Notes: generated from the letters alone by a model not told the origin. Positions 17,144-25,062 are shown, counted from the stretch's first letter. The stretch is 32,000 nucleotides of DNA from Candidatus Saccharimonadota bacterium (GCA_002952755.1 CP025011.1:420001-452000), one strand, 5' to 3'. A program made the numbers and translations.

Positions 17144-18004
17144 ATGTACGTGTCTATTGAAGATGTTCCTGTGGGCGACGTTGAGCGTAAAGGCGCCTTG
17201 ATAGATCTTGATCTTACTGCATTTGTTCCAGACGGCTACAAAATTGATGCTACGCCTGACGTCGTAGAGTCTATAGATGCCGCCCAAAAGAAGGGCGTGG
17301 TTATTTTACCTGATACCTCGCGTACTTTATCGCTCATACATACCCCATTAGCAGTTTTAGGTATCACGAGCGGCTATGCCTCGCTTGATAATGGCGCATC
17401 GATCTACAATATCAAGACGGGTACATATGAGGAGCGACGATGGCTTCCCGCAGGTGTGCTCCGGGATACACTTGCGACAATCAGCTGCCACTTATGTGGA
17501 GTCTCTTGCAGGCCTAACCCTGACATATATGAATGGGAAGAAAGACCACAAGAAATTGATCTCCGGAGCTTAGCTGATACGCCATCCTTATTTGCAGAAT
17601 TCTGTAACGAAGGTGATACCGCCGACCAGATTGAGGACTACCTTAGATTGATGCAAGATGCGGGCGCGCTTAATTACCATATGACGTCTTCGAGTATACG
17701 CCGAGTGGGTAGCTTGCAGGTATATGCCGCTGGGGTCTCAAAGAAGCTAGGAGCTGAGCGGCTCATGCACTATGCAGGTATACGACCTGAAGAGGCAATA
17801 GCGGTTGGCGACGACTATGAGAGCGATGGGCCTCTCCTCGAGGCCGTCAAGCCGGACGGATTAGCAATTGCCATGGGGAACGCCAGCGAGGATCTCAAAC
17901 ATCTCGCAGGAGTGGTAACCGATGATGTACGACATGATGGACTTGCCAAGGTGATCGATCGATTTATATTGCGACGTCAACATGCTACCCCGCACGCATT
18001 ATAG
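17144..18004 (+). CDS. HAD-superfamily (Cof/IIB-like) phosphatase
   Basis: Motif I IDLDLT, motif IV AVGDDYESDGPLLE, cap-sized insert. TATAAT at 17128-17133 lies 10 nt before the ATG. Confidence 0.7.
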   Translation: MYVSIEDVPVGDVERKGALIDLDLTAFVPDGYKIDATPDVVESIDAAQKKGVVILPDTSRTLSLIHTPLAVLGITSGYASLDNGASIYNIKTGTYEERRWLPAGVLRDTLATISCHLCGVSCRPNPDIYEWEERPQEIDLRSLADTPSLFAEFCNEGDTADQIEDYLRLMQDAGALNYHMTSSSIRRVGSLQVYAAGVSKKLGAERLMHYAGIRPEEAIAVGDDYESDGPLLEAVKPDGLAIAMGNASEDLKHLAGVVTDDVRHDGLAKVIDRFILRRQHATPHAL

Positions 18005-18032
18005 TTGTCTGGCACTTTGATAACAGGGGTAA

Positions 18033-18041
18033 TGGTATACT
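18033..18041 (+). promoter_or_regulatory. Extended -10 box TGGTATACT, 6 nt before ATG 18048 (leaderless type)
   Basis: TGGTATACT at 18033-18041. The spacer ataccc has no SD. Confidence 0.5.
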
Positions 18042-18047
18042 ATACCC

Positions 18048-19535
18048 ATGAATAGCCAATTGGCGCAAAAGCTAAAAGAACTGCCCAAGGAGCCCGGCGT
18101 ATATTTCCACAAAGATGCCAATGGGCAGATTATCTACGTTGGCAAAGCAGCACGGCTAAGCAACCGCGTGCGGCAGTATTTTCAAAAAAGCCGGCAGCGC
18201 GATCCGAAAACCGATGCATTAGTGACCGAAATCGCGGATACCGACTGGATGGTGGTAGACAGCGAGATTGAAGCCCTTTTCCTAGAGGCCGAAATGGTTC
18301 GTCGTTACATGCCGCGTTACAATATCCTGCTCCGGGACGATAAGTCGCTCAGTTACATCCGCATCGATTATGATTCTGACTATCCCACGGTGAGTACTAC
18401 TCGTCGGCCACTAGACGATGGCGCGCGTTACTTCGGCCCGTATGTCAGTACGCTTAGTGTACGCACGGCGCTCAAGTCGCTGCGGCGGGTATTCCCCTAT
18501 GCCACCCGGCGCATGGTAAATCAGAAACGGGCGACACTCCATTACCATTTGGGACTGGACCCCGGTCTGGAAGAGGGTAAGACAAGTTTAGAGGAGTATC
18601 GAGCCAATCTGCGTAAATTGATGGCTGTCATCGAGGGCAAGCGCAAAAATATCGAGCGTGAACTGGAAAAAGATATGAAGCGGGCTGCGCAGGCGCAGGA
18701 CTTCGAGGCAGCTGTCAAGCTCCGCAATCAGCTATTTTCACTCCAGAATCTGACCAAGCAAGTCATATTTAGTGACAAAGAATTTATGGATATCAGTAAA
18801 GACCACGCCCTTACGGAGCTCGTTGATTTACTGAGTCTACCTACCATTCCGGCGCGCATCGAAGGCTATGACATCTCGCATATGCAGGGGACCGATGTAG
18901 TGGCCAGCATGGTGGTTTTTACGAACGGAGTGAGTGATAAGGGGGAGTATCGCAAGTTTAAAACGCGCAAAGATCATAACAATGATTTTTATAACATGCA
19001 CGAAACGATCAAGCGGCGTCTAAGTGAAAAGAATCGCAAAGCTTGGGGCATGCCCAACTTGATGCTGATTGATGGCGGCAAAGGGCAGCTGGACGCTGCT
19101 ATCCGGGCCAGGGACGAAATGGGCTGCAGCCAGCTGCCATTCATTGGTTTAGCAAAGCGCGAAGAGCAAATCGTTATCCAAAAAGATAAGTCGAATGTGG
19201 TGCTGAATGAGAAGGTGATGCGTAAACTCTCGGGATATGCTACGGAGAGTGATGACTTTATCCTCGTGAATATGCCGCACAGTACCAATCTGGTAAAACT
19301 GCTGCAGCGTATCCGCGATGAATCACATCGCTTTGCCGTCAGCTACCATTCGGTACTTAAAGTAAAACGCCAAACGAGCTCGCATTTGGACGACATTCCC
19401 GGTATCGGTCCGGCAACCCGTAAAAAGCTACTGCGCGCTTTCGGTTCGCTCCGGGGGGTATCCCAAGCCAGCGAAGCAGATATTGCAGCCGTCGTCGGCG
19501 CTGCAAAAGCAAGAGCAATCATCGCGCAAAAGTAG
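18048..19535 (+). CDS. uvrC: UvrC (excinuclease ABC subunit C), compact 495-aa form
   Basis: GIY-YIG (GVYFHKD..IIYVGKA..L..RV..Y), UVR domain (AAQAQDFEAAVKLRNQLFSLQ), endonuclease domain (IEGYDISHMQG) and C-terminal HhH (IPGIGPATRKKLLRAFGS). Confidence 0.92.
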   Translation: MNSQLAQKLKELPKEPGVYFHKDANGQIIYVGKAARLSNRVRQYFQKSRQRDPKTDALVTEIADTDWMVVDSEIEALFLEAEMVRRYMPRYNILLRDDKSLSYIRIDYDSDYPTVSTTRRPLDDGARYFGPYVSTLSVRTALKSLRRVFPYATRRMVNQKRATLHYHLGLDPGLEEGKTSLEEYRANLRKLMAVIEGKRKNIERELEKDMKRAAQAQDFEAAVKLRNQLFSLQNLTKQVIFSDKEFMDISKDHALTELVDLLSLPTIPARIEGYDISHMQGTDVVASMVVFTNGVSDKGEYRKFKTRKDHNNDFYNMHETIKRRLSEKNRKAWGMPNLMLIDGGKGQLDAAIRARDEMGCSQLPFIGLAKREEQIVIQKDKSNVVLNEKVMRKLSGYATESDDFILVNMPHSTNLVKLLQRIRDESHRFAVSYHSVLKVKRQTSSHLDDIPGIGPATRKKLLRAFGSLRGVSQASEADIAAVVGAAKARAIIAQK

Positions 19536-19552
19536 GTTTAAACCGACCTCGA

Positions 19553-20398
19553 TTACTTTGCAGCTAAGAGTCCGCCTTCCAGCACTGCCGTCACGCTTCC
19601 GCCCATGGCTGATACTGCATTGTAGGTTTCGTCGCTGCCATCCGCTGCTGAATACTGTGCCCACTGCTCCTTTTTGAATGATTCTACATGCATGTTGAAC
19701 GGGGACAGCTGGTTGGTAATGGTTATCTCTTCCTCAAGTACACCCTCTGGTCCAAAGGTAGCTATATTAGTGCGGAGAGGATTATCGATGTTAGGAATAC
19801 CTTGGGCGTCTATCGGGAGCGTAGTTGCAAGCCGTACTGTTTCATTTGTGTTTTTTTCAACGGTAAGGTCAGCTTCTTCAATGACTGTGCGGCCAAGGGG
19901 CCCGTCTTTGACAATAGATCTGGCGGTCTGCAAGAAAGTACGTGAGTTAATCGCGTCGGCCATGTGCTGCACGGCCGCTTCAGTCGGCGTGCAGGGTGTT
20001 CGCCGTAATTCTTGGATGTTAACTACTGTTGGCAGGTTTAGTGTCTCGCCGACAGGTAGTCTCTTCGCATCGGAAATGTTATTCATGTATATAGCATTGT
20101 CGACAAGACCTTTGATGATGGCTTCCGAGACACCCGGATTGCGCTCACGTATCTCCTTCCAAGGATTGCTGCCTTTCGGAAGCGGTGCAGTGTTCCAGAA
20201 GATTTGCGTCACCGGGGTAGTATTGGGCTTCGGGTAAACACACGCTGCGGTCATGAGAGAAGCTGCATGGCGAGAAGTGACCTGCGCATGAATTGCCGGG
20301 CGGCTTTCCGGGTGCTGAGGTCCGTGCTCCAGCGGAATAAACGCATTAAGGCTCGCCGCTGCGCTAAGCGCTCCTGCTAGTAGACGACGACTGGCCAT
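19553..20398 (-). CDS. Exported hypothetical protein, paralog A (start revised from 20440 to ATG 20398)
   Basis: MASRRLLAGALSAAASLNAF is signal-like with a twin Arg. AGAGGAG lies 5 nt upstream of ATG 20398, and the promoter box lies inside the track's N-terminal extension. Shares NPW..NPG.SE....LP.G..L.LP, .PC.P and IDNP motifs with the 20570..21325 product. Confidence 0.75.
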   Translation of the reverse strand: MASRRLLAGALSAAASLNAFIPLEHGPQHPESRPAIHAQVTSRHAASLMTAACVYPKPNTTPVTQIFWNTAPLPKGSNPWKEIRERNPGVSEAIIKGLVDNAIYMNNISDAKRLPVGETLNLPTVVNIQELRRTPCTPTEAAVQHMADAINSRTFLQTARSIVKDGPLGRTVIEEADLTVEKNTNETVRLATTLPIDAQGIPNIDNPLRTNIATFGPEGVLEEEITITNQLSPFNMHVESFKKEQWAQYSAADGSDETYNAVSAMGGSVTAVLEGGLLAAK

Positions 20399-20422
20399 AG
20401 GCACTCCTCTTTTAAGGTTTTT

Positions 20423-20432
20423 ATTATAAGCA
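20423..20432 (-). promoter_or_regulatory. Promoter box TGCTTATAAT for paralog A
   Basis: Minus strand reads TGCTTATAAT. Downstream are AGAGGAG and ATG 20398. It overlaps the inverted repeat 20429-20449. Confidence 0.45.
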
Positions 20433-20569
20433 TTTTTCATGGAAATGCTATGCGGAATGTAAGTACAGCGAATAGCGCACTAAAGTTACAATGAGTGTCA
20501 TGCGTAGCTACATCATAAATGTCAACTTCTAAGGACTGGACTTGGAGCCTGGGGTATTTTTTATGAAGT

Positions 20570-21325
20570 CTATAGTTGGACTGTGGTGTTGCCGCTAATG
20601 GCATTGACCCAATCGTGATAGCGAGTACTGACACTACTGATATGGGGCTGGAGTGGCCAATGCGTATCAATCTCTATGCCTGTCAATTCGGGAGATGGGC
20701 CCTCGATATGTGAAGTGTTGATAGGATTGTCTATAATTGGCGCGCCATCGATAAGAGGAAATTCGGCAAGGTCGGCAAAGGGTCGTTTGTCGGGCGTAGA
20801 GCCGTATGCTATCGCCTTAAAATAGGCGCCTTCAGATCCGTCCTCGATGGTCCAGGTTTGGGCATTCAGCAGCGCGTATTCGGCCGTGTTGATACCGATA
20901 GCCAGGGCACTTTGGGGTGCACAGGGTACCACTTTCGCTGTGTGGACCCCAATTTTAACGGGTATATCGAGTTGGGTACCGTTGGGAATTGTGTTGGCAT
21001 CGGCAACATGATGCAAGGCAAGCGCTTGTTGGTCGAGTTGTGCGATTTCTGTCTCGCTGAGACCTGGGTTGGCCCCTCGGACCATTTGCCATGGGTTGTC
21101 TTTGTCTGTCTTGATCGCCATATGAAGGAATACGGTTTTTATCACAGGGGGTCGGCTCAGATCTGGTAGAAGGCAGCTTCCCACTGCCCGCTCTATTTTT
21201 TCAATACGAGCCGGTGGTTTGACGAGATGCTCATATTGATTCGACTCTACAGGAATAAATGACGGCCCGGCCCCCATAGCAGCAGCGACAACTGGTCCGG
21301 TAAGTATATTAAAATGACGGGACAT
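20570..21325 (-). CDS. Exported hypothetical protein, paralog B
   Basis: N-terminal hydrophobic segment. Shares a collinear motif series with paralog A (FIP.E, NPWQMVRGANPGLSE, IPNGTQLDIP, VPCAP, IDNPINT). GGAG SD. Confidence 0.75.
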   Translation of the reverse strand: MSRHFNILTGPVVAAAMGAGPSFIPVESNQYEHLVKPPARIEKIERAVGSCLLPDLSRPPVIKTVFLHMAIKTDKDNPWQMVRGANPGLSETEIAQLDQQALALHHVADANTIPNGTQLDIPVKIGVHTAKVVPCAPQSALAIGINTAEYALLNAQTWTIEDGSEGAYFKAIAYGSTPDKRPFADLAEFPLIDGAPIIDNPINTSHIEGPSPELTGIEIDTHWPLQPHISSVSTRYHDWVNAISGNTTVQL

Positions 21326-21355
21326 AACGAAACTCCGTATAAATCATAAAGGCGT

Positions 21356-21364
21356 ACTATAGCA
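21356..21364 (-). promoter_or_regulatory. Extended -10 box TGCTATAGT for paralog B
   Basis: Minus strand reads TGCTATAGT. A leader of about 24 nt carries GGAG before ATG 21325. Confidence 0.45.
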
Positions 21365-21434
21365 TGTTTGGCAGTGGTATATTTTTACATGGAGGTGCCC
21401 GCGTTGATGTAAGCAGAGCAGCCTTGAACGGATA

Positions 21435-21443
21435 TGCTATGGT
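21435..21443 (+). promoter_or_regulatory. Extended -10 box TGCTATGGT, 6 nt before ATG 21450 (leaderless type)
   Basis: TGCTATGGT at 21435-21443. The spacer acatcc has no SD. Confidence 0.5.
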
Positions 21444-21449
21444 ACATCC

Positions 21450-21911
21450 ATGAAACTCTCTGGCGAAGCAAAAAAAGATATAGGTGGCGTTGCTGCAGGT
21501 GCCCTATTTCTTGGGATAATTGGTGTTGGCTCATATGATGTCATAAGCGATAATACCGCCCACTGCGCTACAACGATAGAAGAGCGGGATATTGGCATTC
21601 TCCCGTCCGACAATAACAAGGATAGCCCAGGGCCTTATGGTTATAATGACGGCTCGGCTTGTGTAACTCTTTACGATATTGCGGCACCAGATAAAATAGT
21701 CGGTTTGATTCCAGCGGGACCTTTTTATCTGGGCAAGGGAAACTCTTTTGACATCAATTGCGTAGACCTCACTCATAATCGCGTGCGGATTGTAGACGCG
21801 TTGGGGAAAGCCAGCATTCTTAACCTCGGAGTCGGCGATGATATCTTTAATTTCTCTGAGATTGTCGGCTGGAATGGTGGTGAAAACTGTGACGGCACGG
21901 TAAGTATATAG
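21450..21911 (+). CDS. Membrane-anchored small hypothetical protein with four Cys (153 aa)
   Basis: N-terminal anchor GGVAAGALFLGIIGVG. No known motif. Confidence 0.65.
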   Translation: MKLSGEAKKDIGGVAAGALFLGIIGVGSYDVISDNTAHCATTIEERDIGILPSDNNKDSPGPYGYNDGSACVTLYDIAAPDKIVGLIPAGPFYLGKGNSFDINCVDLTHNRVRIVDALGKASILNLGVGDDIFNFSEIVGWNGGENCDGTVSI

Positions 21912-21960
21912 CGATAGACCGGAAAACATCCAAACGAGAGATAGTCTGTAAAACCAGACT

Positions 21961-22683
21961 TCAATCGATCCGGCGGAAGCGGCTGGTTTTGAGCTTATCG
22001 AGTGGGTCCCAGATGTTTTTAGCTTTTTTGTGAGTAAGCGTGCTCAGCTTGAGCAAGTTGATCATCAGCATGCTGAGGCCGGTGCAGAGGAGGGCCTTTA
22101 CGAAATGCATGATCAGGCTGTCGTGTTGGATATTCAGAAACAGCACAAAGCCGAGCGTAATACTGAACAGCACCAGCATTATCCACCACTCGTTGCTGTA
22201 CACTTTGTTGCCAAGCTGCATCGCGAGCGCCGAGCGATTTTGTTGGTTGGCTACCAGTTTTTCCAGGATTTTATCGATGATCTCTGGCGCATGGCCAGAG
22301 TAGTTGAGACAGTAAGTGATTAAGCGTTCGTACTCGTCCTCGCCCTCGGCTGGCTTGCGCTGGGCAAAGCTGGCGCTAAGGTAATCTTCGCACATGTCCT
22401 GCATGATGTTGCGGCTGCGGCGCGGCAATCTTTTGGTTTTAATAAGAATATCGAAGATGGCATTGGCCTCGGCACGAATGCTCCGGCTCAAATCGTCGAT
22501 ACGTTGTTTTTGCACGCTTAAGATCGGTGAAATGTAGAAGCCATAGAGGAACGAATTAATCGAGAATAAGGTAAGTGCCGCCGGTGTAAACACAGCCCCC
22601 TTAACGATAAACGTCGAGCCCAGGTAGATGGCTAAAAAGATAAAGAAAAACCAGCTCAAGCGGACTTTAAGCATAAGCTTCAT
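21961..22683 (-). CDS. Four-TM membrane protein, possibly DUF4239 (bestrophin-like) family
   Basis: Two N-terminal and two C-terminal hydrophobic helices flank a charged helical middle (QKQRIDDLSRSIRAEANAIFD...). The family assignment is from memory of this architecture only. Confidence 0.7.
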   Translation of the reverse strand: MKLMLKVRLSWFFFIFLAIYLGSTFIVKGAVFTPAALTLFSINSFLYGFYISPILSVQKQRIDDLSRSIRAEANAIFDILIKTKRLPRRSRNIMQDMCEDYLSASFAQRKPAEGEDEYERLITYCLNYSGHAPEIIDKILEKLVANQQNRSALAMQLGNKVYSNEWWIMLVLFSITLGFVLFLNIQHDSLIMHFVKALLCTGLSMLMINLLKLSTLTHKKAKNIWDPLDKLKTSRFRRID

Positions 22684-22689
22684 ATTCGA

Positions 22690-22698
22690 AGCATAGCA
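22690..22698 (-). promoter_or_regulatory. Extended -10 box TGCTATGCT, 6 nt before ATG 22683 (leaderless type)
   Basis: Minus strand reads TGCTATGCT, then TCGAAT, then ATG. Confidence 0.45.
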
Positions 22699-22723
22699 TA
22701 AAAAGCGAGCATTGCTCGTAGTT

Positions 22724-22732
22724 TGCTATACT
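22724..22732 (+). promoter_or_regulatory. Extended -10 box TGCTATACT, 5 nt before ATG 22738 (leaderless type)
   Basis: The box lies inside the track ORF's TTG-initiated extension (22723), so ATG 22738 (MSMDEDF...) is the likely start. Confidence 0.5.
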
Positions 22733-22737
22733 GCCTT

Positions 22738-23979
22738 ATGAGTATGGATGAGGATTTTGGGAGCAGTTTCTTTGCAGGCAACCGGGCTCGGTTGACACAG
22801 CTATTTACCGGTACGGCACCGATTGTTATTACTGGCAATGGGTTGATGCAGCGTACTAGTGATGAGTCTTATCCCTTCAGGCAAGACAGTAGCATGTGGT
22901 ATTTAACCGGCGTGGACGATCCTGGCGTTATCCTGGTGATAGATAAAGGGCGGGAATATCTGATTGTGCCCGCGCGTGAGGCAGTAGTAGAGGCTTTTGA
23001 TGGCGCTATCGATGTTGAGATAATGGCCCGTCGTTCCGGTATCACTGACATCGTGAATGAGAAAGAGGGCTGGAAAATGCTCGAAGCACGCCTTAAAAAG
23101 GTACGTCACGTAGCTACGCTGGCCGCCAACCCTTCGTACATCGCAGGCACAGGGATGTATACGAATCCGGCGCGTCGGCGTCTCATCCGGCGGATGAAGC
23201 AGGTCGCCCCTGATATTGAGTTACTTGATTTGCGTCAGCACATTAGCCGGATGCGCATGATAAAGCAACCTATGGAGTGTACTGCCCTGCAACGAGCCAT
23301 TGATATCACTTGCGACACAGTGCGCGATAGCACTCGGCCCAAGCAACTGGCGAAATACGCCTTCGAGTACGAAATTGAAGCAGACCTAAGCCGCGGGTTC
23401 CGGCGTGCCGGAGCCGAGGGCCATGCCTTTTCTCCCATAGTCGCTGGCGGTATCAATGCCTGCACGCTGCACCACATGTCCAATAACAGCGCACTCGCCA
23501 GCGACGAGCTGCTTATTCTGGACGTAGGGGCTGCATATCATCACTATGCTGCTGATATCACTCGTACCTGTATTCAAAATGGCAAGCCATCCCGCCGTCA
23601 ACAGCAGGTTCACCAGGCAGTATGCGAGGCTCAGGATTATGCCTACTCGCTGCTAAAGCCAGGCGTGATCATCGAGGAATACGAAAAGCAGATGGAGGCG
23701 TTTGTTGGCGAAAAATTACGCGAGCTAGGGCTGATTAAATCGATCAACCGCGATGCAGTACGCGAGTTCTTTCCGCATGCTACCTCGCACTATTTGGGCC
23801 TTGATGTGCATGATGTGGGCGATTACGAACGCCCATTGGAGCCGGGCGTAGTGATGACGGTAGAGCCAGGTATCTATATTCGGGACGAAGCGATCGGCGT
23901 GCGCATCGAAGACGACGTGCTGATTACGGAAACTGGCTGCGAGGTGCTGAGCAAGAAATTATCTAGGGAGCTCGTATAA
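22738..23979 (+). CDS. pepP: Xaa-Pro aminopeptidase (M24B family)
   Basis: AMP_N-type N-terminal domain (PFRQDSSMWYLTG). Metal ligand motifs ILDVGA, HHYAADITRT, SHYLGLDVHD, MTVEPGIY, GVRIEDDVLIT. Confidence 0.88.
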   Translation: MSMDEDFGSSFFAGNRARLTQLFTGTAPIVITGNGLMQRTSDESYPFRQDSSMWYLTGVDDPGVILVIDKGREYLIVPAREAVVEAFDGAIDVEIMARRSGITDIVNEKEGWKMLEARLKKVRHVATLAANPSYIAGTGMYTNPARRRLIRRMKQVAPDIELLDLRQHISRMRMIKQPMECTALQRAIDITCDTVRDSTRPKQLAKYAFEYEIEADLSRGFRRAGAEGHAFSPIVAGGINACTLHHMSNNSALASDELLILDVGAAYHHYAADITRTCIQNGKPSRRQQQVHQAVCEAQDYAYSLLKPGVIIEEYEKQMEAFVGEKLRELGLIKSINRDAVREFFPHATSHYLGLDVHDVGDYERPLEPGVVMTVEPGIYIRDEAIGVRIEDDVLITETGCEVLSKKLSRELV

Positions 23980-24422
23980 TGCTGCCCGAAACTGATGTCG
24001 CAGTCGCTGTGCAGGCTGGCACGATCGTCATCAGCCCTTTTGACCCAACAAGCGTCGCAGGCAGGGGGTATATGCTCCATCTTGCGCCGCTGCTTTTCAA
24101 GCAACGTCCCGGCGACATTATTGATGCGCGGAAACCAGATCCAGGGCAGTTCGACCAGATACAAATCGATCCCTCAGCGGGGTTTATCCTTTCACCCGGC
24201 AGTTTCGTTGGCTGCTCTTTTATCGAGAAAATTACTATACCCAAAAATGACACCCATATAACTATTGAGATCGTGCCCGAGCTGGCACGGAGTGGGCTAT
24301 TGCTCGTTACTGAGCCAGAGGCTGAGGATCCTGGATCGCACTCGGCGCAGCTTTTTAACTTGGGTGTGCGTGCGATCCGCTTGAGCAGCGGGTTGCCTAT
24401 TGCTCGGCTTTTGGCGCATTAG
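23979..24422 (+). CDS. Short dCTP deaminase/dUTPase-fold protein with divergent active-site positions
   Basis: ATG overlaps the pepP stop (TAATG). IVISPFDP..., ILSPGSFV....E.ITIP and ARSGLLL....EDPG.....L.N.G...I.L..G..IA.L follow the Dcd pattern. The GRSS and catalytic Glu positions are substituted, and the protein is only 147 aa. Confidence 0.65.
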   Translation: MLPETDVAVAVQAGTIVISPFDPTSVAGRGYMLHLAPLLFKQRPGDIIDARKPDPGQFDQIQIDPSAGFILSPGSFVGCSFIEKITIPKNDTHITIEIVPELARSGLLLVTEPEAEDPGSHSAQLFNLGVRAIRLSSGLPIARLLAH

Positions 24423-24423
24423 A

Positions 24424-24644
24424 CTTGTCGCCCACCCCATCCCGCTACTTTTTATCCGGCTCACTCCTCTCTCTACCTTTCGTTGTACCGGATTTGATAC
24501 GGCATCCAGCCCTCTTCTATGGGCCCGGATCAAGCCAGAGAGTGACAAGGCCGACGAGATGGCGGGAAGGGCGGCTAGGTATGAGGCGGCAAGGATGTGT
24601 TAGCCAACATGGAACAAAGGTGTGCGTAGCGGCTTCGGCCTTTT
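24424..24644 (+). ncRNA. Candidate structured RNA (long irregular foldback), identity unknown
   Basis: The 256-nt gap contains an approximately 80% pyrimidine arm (24424-24480) and a purine-rich arm (24535-24600). These can pair: 24424-24432 with 24585-24593 (9 bp, one G-U), and 24461-24470 with 24537-24545 (9 bp, one bulge). It ends in GGC-UUCG-GCC plus UUUU at 24631-24644. Strand is inferred only from the G-U pairs. Confidence 0.3.
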
Positions 24645-24657
24645 AGACATGGGGGTA

Positions 24658-24666
24658 TGCTACAAT
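24658..24666 (+). promoter_or_regulatory. Extended -10 box TGCTACAAT for the DUF360-secG operon
   Basis: TGCTACAAT lies 12 nt before ATG 24679 with no SD, giving a very short leader. Confidence 0.5.
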
Positions 24667-24678
24667 GATTATAATAAG

Positions 24679-25062
24679 ATGAAAAAACAGGGCGTTGTAT
24701 ATCGTTTTCTAGTGCGATGGCTCGTATGTAGCCTGGGCTTATGGATCGCTGCCGGACTACTTGGATCACACATTAGCTTTAACACTACCGGTAGCAAATG
24801 GAGCGCGGTACTGATTTCCGGCCTCATTCTGGCGATCGTAAACGCGGTGATCAAGCCGCTAGTCATTCTCCTTAGCTTGCCGGCCATTTTGTTGACGCTT
24901 GGTTTGTTCATGATAGTTATTAATGGTTTTAGTGTTGCACTGGTGAGTTGGCTGTACGCGCCGCTGCATGTAACCAACTTTTGGGGCGCGGTGCTTGCAG
25001 GGGTGATTATCGGACTGGTAAACTACTTAGTGACAACTATTTTGGAGAGCCGTGAACGATGA
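24679..25062 (+). CDS. DUF360 / phage-holin-family-4-like four-TM membrane protein (start revised from 24622)
   Basis: LAIVNAVIKPLVILLSLPAILLTLGLFMIVINGF is the characteristic core of this family. The track extension covers the promoter box. Confidence 0.8.
   Translation: MKKQGVVYRFLVRWLVCSLGLWIAAGLLGSHISFNTTGSKWSAVLISGLILAIVNAVIKPLVILLSLPAILLTLGLFMIVINGFSVALVSWLYAPLHVTNFWGAVLAGVIIGLVNYLVTTILESRER

Noticed and set aside
24423-24678. Possible SRP (4.5S) RNA, because of ...ggcgggaagggcggc...caaggatgt resembling the helix-8 region
   Set aside because: The conserved helix-8 sequence (GGAA tetraloop closed by a paired stem and followed by GGAAGCAGC) is absent on both strands. The bases flanking GGAA here cannot pair.
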